From: Octopus vulgaris
Taxonomy: Eukaryota
Length of the DNA stretch: 64,000 nt
Reading direction: 5' to 3'
Assembly (NCBI GenBank): GCA_951406725.2
Contig: OX597823.1
Span: 49,786,001 to 49,850,000 of the forward strand
This document shows positions 13,849 to 27,079 of this stretch, piece after piece (the first letter of the stretch is position 1; each line of letters begins with the position of its first letter). The notes under the pieces were generated by a model that saw only the letters and a list, made by a program, of their open reading frames with translations, searched no databases and was not told the DNA's origin. The position numbers and the translations under genes were made by a program.

Positions 13849-14182
13849 GGTCCTGGTAGGTTGTAAAGGTAGGGTATTTCCAGAGAAGTACTCAACCCAA
13901 ATGCTGGACTATCAACATTGTTGTGTTCCTGATCAATGCCGAATTCTTCAAGTGTTGGTGAAGAGTGAATTATAATTTGAATAATAAGACAAAGAAAATT
14001 CTTTAACACATCTTTAACGATTACAATTGTTTCTGTACCAACTCTGCTTGCAATGCCAATTTATGCAAAAATTTCAAGTGTAAATTTGCATAATGTTCTT
14101 GGTTTTAGACATTAGAGTGGAACGTCATCAGACGTGTGCATCAAAGGTGTACTATCACATTGTGCATCTTCCAGACATCTAC
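13849..14182 (-). mobile_element. Second copy of the 12353 hammerhead-bearing element
   Basis: Reverse-complement homology; CTGATGA...GAAACAATTGTA at 14015-14140. Confidence 0.65.
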
Positions 14183-14379
14183 TCTCCTGTTAGTTTTGCT
14201 TAACCCTTTGATCACAGAAAGCAGATATATCTGCTTTAAAGCAGTTTTACCCCATGGTTTTGAAAGCAGTTTTACCCTATGGTTTTGAAAACAAAGTTCT
14301 CCTTAAGCTGCAAGAAGCAGAAACATACCCAGTGATACTTTTTACAGAAAACAATTTTTCTGATTTTCCTAATTTTTTC

Positions 14380-14942
14380 ATATATCTCATCAAATAACTC
14401 TTTAGAGAGCAAAAACCAAATACTTTTTGTGGTGAATATGAAAACCATACCAACAAGGAATTGAGCATCTACCATACTCCAAACATCTTGCTTCTCTGAG
14501 TATGGAGACATAAAACCTCTGACAGCTAGTAACTGACTTGGTAGACATCCACAAAATTATCCACCATCCTTCCAACAACAACCTTGGACACCTTTTTGAA
14601 TTCTATATGTCTATCATTTGTGAACATGCTTACAAAATTTTAAAAAAAACAACACAGCACCCACGACTTTCAGAAACATTTTTTTCATACTCAGAATTTC
14701 TGAAGCATGGAATAAACTACCCACATTAGTTGTTAGCTGCCAGACACTACACTCTTCAAAATTTCCAGGCTACCTGAAATTTGTCAACAGGACATCTGAT
14801 GTCCTTCCACCCTTTTTATTTTAAATGACTCATTTATTGTTCACTTCGTGTGCATATTCTATGCAGTTTGGGTTACCTTTTCTGGTGAGTTGTAGTGCAC
14901 CTGAGCAATGTATGCAGTAAGTTCATTGTATACCATTATTAT
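14380..14942 (+). mobile_element. CR1-like LINE 3' end
   Basis: Homologous to 4380-4948. Confidence 0.72.
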
Positions 14943-15169
14943 ATCGCCTCTTCAGCAAGCTGTTCCTGACCCTCCCCACCTTAGCTTCTTGTCCTTCAGT
15001 GCTATACCCCACTCAGTTGATCGGTACACTCAGTGAAGTGGTCGGCATTAGAAAAGGGCATCCAGTTTCAGAAACCAGGTCAAAACAGGCATTCAAAAGT
15101 GATGTATCCCTCTGGCTTGTCTGTTCATGTGAAACCATCTGACCCATGATAGCATGGATAAAGAGACGT

Positions 15170-15198
15170 TAAATGATAACGACAACAATGACAATGGC

Positions 15199-15229
<31 letters not shown>

Positions 15230-15252
15230 GCGGTGATAATAATGACAACACC

Positions 15253-15293
<41 letters not shown>

Positions 15294-15562
15294 GGAGGAG
15301 GAGGAGGAGGAGGAGGAGGAGGAGGAGGAGGATGTTGATGGTGGTGGTGGTGCTGCTGCTGCTGCTGATGCTCATGCTGCTGGTGCTGGTGGTTAAGATG
15401 ATGATGATGATGATGATGATGTGATGATGATAATGGTGGTGATAGTGATGATGATGAGGATGAGGAGGAAGATGGTGATGATGATTATGGTGGTGGTGGT
15501 GGTGGTGATTATGATGATGGTGATGATGACGATGATGATGATGATGATGATGAACGATCATT
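15170..15562. repeat. Compound trinucleotide microsatellite (GAT/GAG/GGT/GCT)
   Basis: Directly visible; grown from the (GAT)n tail of the element at 15010-15175. Confidence 0.95.
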
Positions 15563-15944
15563 ATGAGTGATCGTGAAATTTAATTATGCAGTCAAAGGGT
15601 TAAGACATAACTGAGAATGAAAAGTCAAATGTGTCTGGGATTAGCATCGTAGCAGGAAGAATCTGATAAATGGTTTCAGGTCATTTGTTATGGCAGCAGA
15701 AGTACAGCAGCCACATGGAATCGAGTACGACTTGCTAAGCAATTGTTGTTAGTGTCCATGTAGTCATGGAAGCAGGTGTAGACACCTTCTCAGGCCTTCC
15801 CACCCATAACCATGCAGAATGTGAGTGACTTCTGTAGGAATGGGCTTCATTAGGGTTTGAACACAGAACACAAAGAACAGGAATATGTATGGCAACATGT
15901 TTTATACTATGCTCCATAACAACTCGCTGCAAACAAAGCACTTT

Positions 15945-16272
15945 TCGTCATCGCCAACACCACCACCACCACCACTATCATCATCATTATCATCACCACC
16001 ACCACCATAACTATCATCATCATCATTATCACCACCACCACCACCACCGCCACCATTACTACCATCATCATCATCATCATCATTATCATCACCATCTTCC
16101 TCTTCCTCATTGTTGTCATTATTGTCGCCATCATCATCATCATCGCTGCTGCCACCACCACCACTACCACCGCTGTTGCCACTACTGCCACCACTGCTGC
16201 TGTCACTGCCACCGCTGCGACCACCACCACCACCACCGTCACCACCGTCATAATCATCATTACCATCACCAT
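15945..16272. repeat. (CAT/CAC)n compound microsatellite
   Basis: Directly visible. Confidence 0.95.
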
Positions 16273-16643
16273 TTAAAGTTCACTTTTCCATGCTTGCATG
16301 CATCAGCCACAGTTTATTGAGGCAGATTTTCTATGGTCAGAAATGCCCTGTCTGTTGACAACCCCTACATGTTTCCAGACATGATAATATTTTTCCCATT
16401 CATGGAGATATTTTGTCATGGAAATTTGAAAATGAACAACTTTGTTTATTAGCAAATGATGATGCTCATTTATAACAACCATCATGTGATATCTAGACAA
16501 GGGTGCACACAAACATACACACATACAGACACACATATAATATATGCATATATATATATAAATGTATGTGTACATATGAATTTTTTGCATAATGAGATAA
16601 AAAACCAAGGCTGTATAGATATTAGAGCATTTATAGATAGAAG

Positions 16644-16697
16644 GTCTTACAGCTGTTTCTAGGATATTAATTAATAAAATATCCCTTCATGGGAGAC
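16644..16697 (-). ncRNA. Degenerate hammerhead motif
   Basis: Minus strand: gtct CCCATGA ag ggatatt...aatatcc ta GAAAC AGCT GTA agac; first core box mutated. Confidence 0.45.
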
Positions 16698-16869
16698 GGT
16701 GTGAGAGGAAAAATTAAGTCATAGTTAGTTTCGATGTGATACAAATAGAGAGTGAGACATACATACATACATACATACATACATACATACATACATACAT
16801 ACATACATACATACATACATACATACATGCATACATATCCCATGTCCAAGTTTGCATACATGAGGCTGA

Positions 16870-17950
16870 TAACATCATGAGCCTTAGAAAGTAGCTACTT
16901 TAGCAGTATTCCTTGTCTGATAGCCTTACATACATGCCCAAAGAAGTCACATGACTCTACTGCAATGTATCATTAAATGAAAGGATAAGTGTATATCAGC
17001 AGACGACCATGCATGGATATGTTAGCAGAAAGCTCCAGGATGAAAGTAACATTGATCATCTAAACAGCCTATCATGGACCAACAACTGGATTACTACCTC
17101 CAACTTTTGAAGGGTATGCATTTGTAATCTAGGAACAAGAAATATCAACCAAATACCTGATGCACAAAAGAGATAGAGACACAGAAAAAGCAGTTAAAGG
17201 TGGCAACTGATTCACACTTTGTGGAGTTAACACTGAAGATATCACCTCATATTATAAGCAGTTGTCTGAAAACGTGATCATAGTATTATCTACGGTGAGA
17301 CGTGATGTTGTAGCTAGGACTCTGTATAATGAGAACGTCTGAAGGAAAACTCTGAGGCCAAAGAAATAAGAACCTACAGTATAGCAGAAGCCAAAGCCAC
17401 TTGTAAAAAGAAGGAGTACTGGTGGAACATCCCAATGAAAACCTCAATAAAATGTAAACATAATAGTCTTGACATAGTAATTTGGGATAGAGAAGAGAAT
17501 CTGCCCAGCATAAAGCTAAAGATCAGCAAAAGAGAAAATACCTACACTGAACTATTAAGAAATCTAGAGTCACTCCATCCAGGTTAAAAGTTCAGGTTTA
17601 TACCTGTAATTATTGGGGTACTGGGGTATGTAACACACTGCTTGAATACCACTCTTGGGAAATTAGGCTTCTCAAAACCAGAAAGGAGAAAGCTGGAACT
17701 GTAAAACTGTAAAACTTTCAGGAATGTTATCATTTAAGTATATATGAGCCTGTCTAGACATGCAACTATATGCATGAGAATACATACATAAAGCAAAACA
17801 TACAAATCTGCACATGCACTATCTCCAAATACTGCACACATACACAGATGCATGCACAAGTGCACTGTTGATGTTGCTGAAATTCCAATCTAGGTTAGAA
17901 ACCAATTCTTTCTCTATTGGCAAGAGATCTTGAAATAAACTGAATAATGA
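16870..17950 (+). mobile_element. 3' fragment of a restriction-like-endonuclease (R4/NeSL-type) non-LTR retrotransposon
   Basis: Decayed EDI.HIISSC zinc knuckle, R.DVVARTLYN, YWWNIPMKTSIKCKHNSLDIVIWDRE (PD motif) and FIPVIIGVLGYV. Confidence 0.75.
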
Positions 17951-19305
17951 CATACATACATACATACATACATACATACATACACACACATACATGATAA
18001 GCTTCTTTCAGTTTCCATCTACCAAATCTACTCACAAGGTTTCGGCTCACCCGAGGCTATGGCTGAAGCAGACACTTGCCCAAGATGCCATGCAGTGAAC
18101 CTGGAACCAGGGTCACATGGTTGAGAGGCAAACTTCTCAAACAAAGAGTTTATGAAGGTAATAATTATCGATAAGACTAAAGTAGCAGATCCATTGGAAC
18201 TCATTTCATGGGGTCACTATATGAATTTTGCTATTGATAAACAATGTGAAACAAGAGAGATATCAGATGACACCTAAAGAAAATAAAGCGAGGGCTATAT
18301 TCCTGGGTCTTGAAAACAGGATAACCCTAGATATAAACAACAGTTGAGCTATGGCATAAAGTTGGTGATTGCCATTGTCCCACATAAGACATGATGGCAA
18401 GAATTCTTCGGTGAAGAGGAATATTCTTGCCAAATATTTTAATTTAGATCAAAAGGAAGATTTTGATAGAATATACTATCAATATTTTCTGGTTCTTAGT
18501 AACTGAATGTTGTATCTCATTTGTGTCTTCTGAAAATAGATTACAATTCCTTATGCTGTTCAGACATATTTTCCTGATTTATTAAGAGAATAAAAGCTAT
18601 AAGAATAAACTTCATACCTTTGATATAATACAATACATAAATCGTTGACAATGAAATGTCAGTCGAATGTATATCGGCAGATGCCATCTTACTACTCGCA
18701 TGCAGAAAGATGTTTCATGTTAATGTATTTTTCCAGCATACAAGTCAATATGGTATATTGTATAAATATGTAGGGTAAACAATCACACTTTATCACTATC
18801 TTTCCAAATACTGCTGCATTTTACATTAAATTTTTGGTTCTCCAAAGTCCTCTTGGTATATAAGTCAATCTACCTTTTTTTCTTTTTTATGGTAAATTTT
18901 GGTCCCCAAAATTCATGTTGTATGTAGGAAGATACAGTACTTATCTGAGTCAAACTTAGTTGTTATCACCCAGACTCTAGACAGAGTGTGATAGTAGAAT
19001 TATATATTGCCAGAATATCAAAATAATGAGTCAGGGATTAATCAAAATTCTACTCTGACGTGATGTGAACACTTAAATTATTATTCCTTTTTCATTCTTT
19101 CACAATAGTGGTGCTCCATTACCAGACAAAATCCTGTAATATGATTCTCTGATGCTTTAGCTATGAAGAGTTTTTTTTAACATTTTATCAAGTCAACATA
19201 TTTTTATAACTGTTCTGCTTCTCATCAATCTAATCAGAACCATTAGAGATGAGGTCAATCTTCCTGTGTTTCATATTCCTTTAAAGGAGGGTTATAATTT
19301 ATGTA

Positions 19306-19628
19306 GTGGAGGTACATGGTTTAGTGGTTAGGATATTCAGCTCATGAAAATAAGGTTGTGAGTTCAATTCCAGATGATGTGTTGTGTCCTTGAGCAAGAC
19401 ACTTTATTTCACATTGCTCCAGTCTACTCAGCTGGCAAAAATTAGTCATACCTGTAATTCTAAGGGCTAGCCTTGTCACACTCTGTGTCATGCTGAATCT
19501 CCCTGAGAACTATGTTAAGGGCACACATATCTGTGGAGTGCTCAGCCACTTGCATGTTAATTTCACAAACATGCTGTTCCATTGGTCAGATCAACTGGAA
19601 CCCTTGTCAATGTAACCAACAGAGTGCC
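19306..19628 (+). mobile_element. tRNA-headed SINE (body B + tail 1)
   Basis: TGTGTCCTTGAGCAAGACACTT..CTCCAGTCTACTCAGCTG body; tail shared with 3655-3838. Confidence 0.8.
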
Positions 19629-20340
19629 GCCACTTATAATTAATGTTCTTATGAGATGACAAATTGTATCACTTTACTCACAACACCTAAACTGACTGTC
19701 AATGTTTCAATTTTTGTGAAAGAAGGTTTTCTATTTCCTTGTTGTTAGAATGTTCAACTACTTTACATTTTTCATTCCTTTGTATCGTTTTTTTTATTTT
19801 TGAATTGCTTATTGTAATCCCTGCTGCTTTTCAAAAAGGAAGCCTCTTGTAATTTCAGTCTGTTTTCCTCAAAGAAGAGAAGAGGTAGAGAACAATGCAA
19901 TCAACAGAATATCTGCTCCTTAAAAGTTATAACTGAGTTGCTGTATGAAAGGACCACTTTTCTGCTCATCAATGATTTCTGAGGTCCTGCTAGATACAAA
20001 GAAGGTTGATTTGATAAATTGCATATCAGAGGGTAAGATGAACTACCTCCTTAGAAATAGTAAACAAGCACGAAGACTCTAATTTGGGACTAAAGCAACA
20101 TTAAAAACGTTTTCCTGACTCCACTATATCCGTGACATGACAGGCAAATAATCTGGGACACAACTGGTAACATTTGATCTGATATCCCTTCAAACTACTT
20201 CATCGCAAGGACAGTTTTCAATAAAATGTATTTTCTACATTAATATTTTAAAATTCTTTTTGATGCACGGAAAACTTCCAAATCATGTTTATTGAGAAGA
20301 TTGTTAATCATACCTCACAGAAGTTTTACAGAACAGACAA

Positions 20341-20535
20341 TAATAATGAAATTATTGTATACAGTGCTCAGGTGCACCACAACATGTCAAAAGTACGTAT
20401 AAAGCATATACAGTAATGTACAAATGTCTGGAAAGTGTACAGTGTATGAGTCAGATACATGCTTGCGTGTGTATGGAGGGAAGAAAATCAGGTGTAGTGT
20501 TGACGAATCTCAGGAAGCATGGAAGTTTTGAAGGA
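20341..20535 (-). mobile_element. CR1-like LINE extreme 3' end
   Basis: Reverse of GCACCTGAGCACTGTATACAATAATTTCATTATTA tail. Confidence 0.7.
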
Positions 20536-20604
20536 ATGATCACACTAAAGGATTATCTTCCTAATTCTGAAAACAGTTTTCTTTTGCTACTCCATCACAA
20601 ATAT

Positions 20605-20815
20605 TAGTTTCAAGTTTTGGTACAAGGCCAGAAATTTTTGAGGAAGGAGTTTAGTCTACTACATTGACCCCAGTTTTCAACTGGTACTTGTTTTATCAGA
20701 CCCTAAAAGAATGAAAGGCAAAATTGACCTTGGTGGAATTCAAACTCAGAACAAATGCCACTAAGCCACTAAGCATTTTGCCTGGCATGCTAACAATTCT
20801 GCCAGTTCACCACCT
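20605..20815 (-). mobile_element. Nin/Deu-domain-like SINE
   Basis: Reverse copy of the 26140-26600 family. Confidence 0.65.
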
Positions 20816-22133
20816 TACTCCATCAGAAATATTGTCATTATGCCAGAGTATCAATAATAAACCAATCCATCTATTCACCCATCTATCCATTCATCTTCTC
20901 CACCCACTATTCCTGAGAGGGTTGTTGCAGTAGAGTCCTCAAGCATTTGCTCCTCCATAGGGTCCTGTAAGAAGCAACCATCATTGGACTTTCCAGCTGG
21001 ATTCTCAAGTGTGACCAACTGGGGTTATGAATATTACCTGACACTTTCATTCTTGATCTACCCCTAGGTCACTGGCCAGCTGTCTTGGCTGGTTTGGCTT
21101 GAAGAATCAGTCTGGTGATTCTTTCCTGCAACAATCTAATCACATATCTGTTGTACTGGAGCTGTGATATCTCAGTGTGAAGTAAACCAATATTTAAGAA
21201 AACATTTAAGTTTCAGATTCAATCAATTAATTTCAAGGAAAATCTAACCCATAAATATTTCATTATCACTTAAAACTTTTATATAATAAAACTATAGACA
21301 GATACCATCAATTTCCAACATTGGTACAAGGCAAAGATGTTAAGGTGAGGTTATAGTATTTAATTTCATTGCTTCCTGGAAAAACGAATGGCCAAAATCA
21401 AAACTATGAGGTGGAGGCTGAACTCAAGACACAAAAATACGAAACTAAATAATATAAAGCTTTTTTTTCTTTCTTTTTGACTCTAGGACGAAATTTGAAC
21501 CACGTATATAAATTACTTGCTGAGGCATTTTCTTTTATCGATCGACCTACTAGAAATAGCAGCCACATTTCCCCCAAATCACCCTTCACAATCTCAAAAG
21601 AAGAAAAAAAATGAGGACTCAATGAATGATGTAGTTCAGAATGTATGAAATAGCTGAGAAATGCGGGAATGGTCGCGGATAGAATAAGTTTGATCTACAG
21701 GTTTGGTCGATGTGCGTTGAAACTGGGACTAAACAACAGCATTAAATTACACGAAATATAGTCTACTGGTGCACACATTTTTGTGTTTATGTTTATATTT
21801 AAATTACAGGTTAATTGACATGCACAAAACAATTTCACGCCTTAGATTAGGAATCAGTTAACATTTTATTTTTTTGGAAACCGACCGGATTGGAAATTTT
21901 ATGAAGTCTTGAAAACAATTAGCAAGAGTTATTTCCCTTGCATCATACATTTTTCCTCATTCATGAAAAGTTTGTACAAGTGTAAAATGTATATTAATAT
22001 TCTCCGATTTCTCTTTATTTACCCAAATAAGATATGTTATTTATTGCCAAACTGTCACCGTATTTGATGGCATAGAAGACTACTTTCTCCCCAAAAAGTG
22101 TGTCAGAAACAAATAACTCCATATGCTATATAC

Positions 22134-22350
22134 CAAGTGATTCTCAGTTATTTTCCCCCTATAGGCCCTTTTGATTACTATTTTATTCTGGTGGGTCCCC
22201 ATATCCATTCGGGTGTTTAAAAACTAGTTTTATAGATAATTCCGTCAAAATTCTTTTTTTTTTTTTGTTTATCGCACATTCACTTGTGTAAGTTTAACTA
22301 TTTGTTTGGATCCCCAAAATTCTTATATGGACCCCGATTGAGAACCGCTG
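22134..22350. mobile_element. hAT-type MITE remnant
   Basis: Ends in GATTGAGAACCGCTG; degenerate left TIR. Confidence 0.4.
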
Positions 22351-22599
22351 CTATATTGCTAGGTCCGGCCTCCTATAAGCGAATTTTGTGTCCCTTATGC
22401 TCAATTTTCCCCGAATATGGCACTACTGAAATTAGGATCTATCAAATATGCTCGTGTATCTTTCCTGCTATTAAGTACAGCAGTTAACACTGCTTCTGCT
22501 TTAGTTAGGAGTAAATGATTTCTCAAAAACAAGTATTATTTTTTTGCCCCGACTCAGGAAAAGTTTTGAAACGAATACTTTCCATTTGGGGTTATCTTT

Positions 22600-23038
22600 C
22601 ATTTCTTATCTTTTACTTGTTCCAGTCATTAGACTGTGGCCATGCTGGAGCACCACTTAGAAGAATATTTTTTTTCTCGAATGAATCGACCCAAGTACCT
22701 TTTTTTTTGGATCTTTTTTTTTCTCGAATGAATCGACCCTAGTACCTTTTTTGGATCTTTTTTTTTTTAAGCCTGGTACATATTTTGCCAGTGTCCTTTG
22801 TCGAAACCGATAAGCTATGGGACGTAAACACACCAACACCGATGGTCACGCAGGCGGTGGATGATAAAGTGACACAAACACATACACGTGTGTATGTATG
22901 TATGTATGAGTGTGTCTATACGATCGGCTTCTCTCAGTTACCATCAACCAAATCCACTCACAAGGCTTTGGTCAGCTCAAGGCTATAGAAGATGACTCTT
23001 ACCCAAAGTGCCATGCAGTGGAACTGGACCTGGAACCT
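22600..23038 (-). mobile_element. SINE copy with internal ~48-bp tandem duplication
   Basis: Reverse of the 8121 family; TTTCTCGAATGAATCGACCC..TACCTTTTTTGGATC occurs twice. Confidence 0.8.
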
Positions 23039-23799
23039 TTTTTTTTTTTTTTTTTTTTGCAGGTTTAGTGTATCGAGTACTATATGATATTTTTAATGAT
23101 GTACATGAGATGTGACTGCGTTTTCCAGCATGTCGGGCAGACATGTAGATTTCATAGCGGTTTATTGTTACTTTCTTTCTTCGGGCCAGCGGTTCCAGTT
23201 ATACGGTCCGCATCCACCTGGCTGTTTACGAATATATTGCTTGGGGTTCCGTGAGCTGCTGATTACAAAAATTTGTTGAATAGACAGACTTATCAAAAGC
23301 CCCAAAAGCTTGAGGTCCGCAGGAAAAATTTATTTATATAGTAGGGGATCCCTGGAAGTGAAGAGGTTGGGAGTCGCTATTTTAGATATTCCGCTCGTCA
23401 TCGTTTAACGTCCGTTTTGCTATACTTGCATGAGTCAGATGGAATCTTTTGAGGTAGATTTTCGACGGTCGGATGTCCTTCCTGTCACCAACCTGACTTG
23501 TTTCTCCAGCGAAATAGTATTTCCTCATGGACATATATTCGTGCAAGATTGTAAATGAACGACATTGCTTTTTTTTTTTTTTTTTGACTGTCTGTAATGT
23601 TTACAATCATAACATGATATCAAGACCAGCAACACACACACACACAACGGGCTTCTTTCAGTTTCTGCCTACGAAATCCACTCACAAGGCTTTGATCAGC
23701 CGGGAGCTATAGCAGAATACACTTGACCAAGATGTTACACCGTGGGACTGAACCCAGAAGCAAGCTTCTCAACCATAAACACAAGCCCAGTATTTATAG

Positions 23800-24300
23800 T
23801 GTAGCTGGTAGATATGGTTACCACTGGTGCTTGAGCTGATTGGCTAACTGCTAGAAGCTGTATGTCACTGTTGATGTTGGGACATGACTGTTTTTTCTAG
23901 CGTCAGAGGTCATCGGTTGCACGCAGAAGAAATTGATGAAATCTGTTGAGGTTTTAACAAACAGACTTTATTTCTTGTTGACAGAGTTTGGCTGTTATTG
24001 TTATTATGACGATATTAGCTTGGTTCAGCTGCTGCCTTTGTCTATTTGGCATCCAGTGCCAAATAGACAAAGTCTTAGCTACATCCCAAAGCTCTCTAGG
24101 TTGTGATCACATGTGTGTCGATTTATACTGAGTAAAAGGCTCAGAAGGGAATGCGCCAAAAGTTCATATGATTGCTGGAGCTTGTTCCACTTGAAGTTGT
24201 GACTGACCAGATTTTGTTGATCACATGGGTAATTTTCTTTCCAGGTGAAGTTACCATTGGCCAGATTCACCACTCATGTGGGCAACCTTCCAGCGAATTG
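23800..24300 (-). mobile_element. Highly decayed RTE-like LINE 3' fragment
   Basis: LNRFHQFLLR-like remnant near 23920-23952. Confidence 0.35.
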
Positions 24301-26139
24301 CAATATCAGTTAATTGCTGAATACTCTCACTACAACAGGAAACAGAATTTATTAATTTAACGAACAACAAAATAGTGTTAAAACTTATTTTATTAATCCC
24401 CAGGGTGTAGATGGGTCCAAATTAAGCTTGCTAGTGTATGAACAATGAATTAGTAACATTACAGTATTGAGTAAAATGCATTATGGTATTTGCTTCAATG
24501 CTGTAGGTTCTGATTTCAAATCATGCCAAAGAGATTTAATTTAGCCTTTCCTCTTTATTACCACAGTAGTGGTAATAATTGTTGGAGTGTCAGGCGAGAT
24601 GCTTTGCAGTGTTAGGTCTGTCTCTTTGTATTCTTAATTCAGTTCCTGCTGTAACTCACCTGTCAACATTAAAAAGTTGTAGGAGCCCCTCCATCTACCC
24701 AACTATGGTTGACTATGGATAGCACAAGAGCGAGTGATCTGTTGCATTTGATCTGCTGAGAGCACACAATACCTGCTGATGATGAGTATTTAAACGCAGA
24801 TGCAAGAATGATAAATTTAAATATTGTCGAGCTATCAAGAAAGCCTCTACATGGTAGAAACAACAGCTTAATCTTCCTCATATCACACTCTAGAAGCTTG
24901 TTTCCCAACCATTTGGTGTCACTGCATGACACCTTGGGCAGAATAAGTACCAGTATTTTAAAAACAAAAATTAAAATACTGGGGTTGATTTATTCAACTA
25001 AAATTCTTTAAGGCAGTGCCCAGCATTACCATGGTCTGATGACTGAAACAAATAAAAGATAATAGACAAAAGATACTCTCTTGAATCATTTAATAGTGTT
25101 GCTAAAGATTTTCAGTTCTGGAGATATGGAAGCCACAGAGAACTGTACTAAACACAGTAATCATATATATAATGGCAGGTTTTTCATGTCTGAAGATCAT
25201 AAGGAAGAGTGGTACACATCCAGGAGGCTATGTAAACTGATCCTTGATCTTGATGCTGTAGGGATTTTCTTCAGCCTGTGCTAAGTTTTCAACTGAGAGT
25301 CAATTTGCACATTCTGATCCCACTCTTTAAACATGAAAATCTGACTTGAGAGGTGCAGAAGGCTAAGACAACTGCAGAGATCAGCAAGCTGTAGGTTTTT
25401 TCACTGGGTGGCCTTCTCCTCAGTGAATTGCCTTACAAGGTTGGAAAGGTCCACCAACCCTGAAGTTGCCAAAAGAGTGTCACTAGACAGCCTGAGGAAC
25501 ACCGCTCTTTGATTTGATGTCAAGATTGACTTCACTAACCTTTTTCTTTTCCAAAGCACTCACAAGACAGTGAGGGTTTGTGCTTGGAATTTCTCCCATA
25601 ACACGCTAATTAACTCATAATAGTAGCACCAACAGGTGTTATTCCATGTCAGAATAGACCTGCAAACAATAGTATCTAAGAGGTAGTCCTATATTCCTCA
25701 AAACCCTGGAACCCCTGAACTAGGGCCCCACAACATGATGCAGTTTGAAGTTATACCCAGTACAAATTATATATAGTTGTTATTACAATAACATGGATGG
25801 CTGAATAACAGGTGCAACACTTTGTGCTCCATCACATACATTGATCAATAGATGAAACTCTCAAATAACCAAACAAGCACTAAACAGGTGATGTGTACAA
25901 GAGGGCAGAAACTAGCAATAAATAGTACCACAGAATAAAGACTGGTTGCTGTAGCAATTTACTAATGGGGTAGATTCACTGTAGTGACTCAGCATTCTTG
26001 AATATTGATCTAAAAACAATTATTATATTGGAATTTGAAAGTTAATACTGTTGACAACGAATTCCTCTAGTCCTTTTACAAACCCATAATTCCAAGCAAC
26101 TCTGTACCACAGTTAACACATATCTATATTTTCGCTGGT

Positions 26140-26600
26140 TTTATGGCAGTGAGCTGACAGAATCATCAGTACACTGGGAAAAATGCTTAGTGGCATTTCA
26201 TCTGTCTCTATGTTCTGAGTTCAATTTCTGTCATGGGTGACTTTACCTTTAATCCTTTTGGAGTTGATGAAATAAATACCAATTGATCAATGGGATCGAT
26301 GTAATTGATTTACATCCTCCCCTGAAATTGCTGGTCTTGTGCCAAAATTTGAAACCAATATTTTCACAGTTATTATGACAGTGAGCTGGCAGAGTTGTTA
26401 CCATGCCAGGAAAGATGTTTAGTGGCAGTCCTTTTAGCGTTACATTCTGAGTTCAAATGATGCAAGAGTCAACCTTGCCTTTCATTCTTTCAAGGGCGAT
26501 AAAATAAGTACCAGTTGAACACTGGGGTTGCTGTAATAAACTTAGCCCCTCCCCCAAACCTGCTGGCCTTGTGCCAAAATTTGAAACCAATATTTTCACT
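26140..26600 (+). mobile_element. Tandem pair of Nin/Deu-domain-like SINEs
   Basis: GAGCTGGCAGA head, GAGTTCAAAT, GCCTTTCATT..GATAAAATAAGTACCAG core, CCTTGTGCCAAAATTTGAAACCAAT tail, each present twice. Confidence 0.75.
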
Positions 26601-26751
26601 GTAATTAGTGTTAACATTAAATGAATTACTAAAAGCATTATATAATCGATATTCATCCTTTCTTTGGTCACTCCATCAGACAATAGAATAAATTAATTGA
26701 CTTTTCATAATCAAAGTTATTTATTGGTGCATGACCAGCTTTATTACTTTT

Positions 26752-26982
26752 TTATTTCTTTATTGCCCACAAGGGGCTAAACATAAAAGGGACAAACAAA
26801 GACAGACTAAGGGATTAAGTCGATTACATCAACCCCAGTGCTTAACTGGTACTTAATTTATCAACCCCGAAAGGATGAAAGGCAAAGCCGACCTTAGTGG
26901 AATTTGAACTCAGAATGTAAAGACAGATGAAGTACCGCTAAGCATTTTGCCTGGCGTGCTAACGTTTCTGCCAGCTCGCCAC
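26752..26982 (-). mobile_element. Nin/Deu-domain-like SINE with Tx1-like tail
   Basis: GCCTTTCATCCTTTCGGGGTTGATAAATTAAGTACCAG core; tail AGCCCCTTGTGGGCAATAAAGAAA. Confidence 0.8.
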
Positions 26983-27079
26983 CATTACTTTCTTGAGAAA
27001 CACTACTGGGGTCCTGGATCTCTTCTGGTCACATCCACACAGTGAGTTGAACTTAGTACAGTTGAATATCCTTTACCTG

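Noticed and set aside
14238-14292. ~26-bp tandem duplication
   Set aside because: Ordinary local slippage with no sign of function
15154-16320. Poly-Asp/Glu and His/Cys-rich ORFs resembling acidic or metal-binding proteins
   Set aside because: Trinucleotide microsatellites grown from retroelement (GAT)n tails, with no splice or start context
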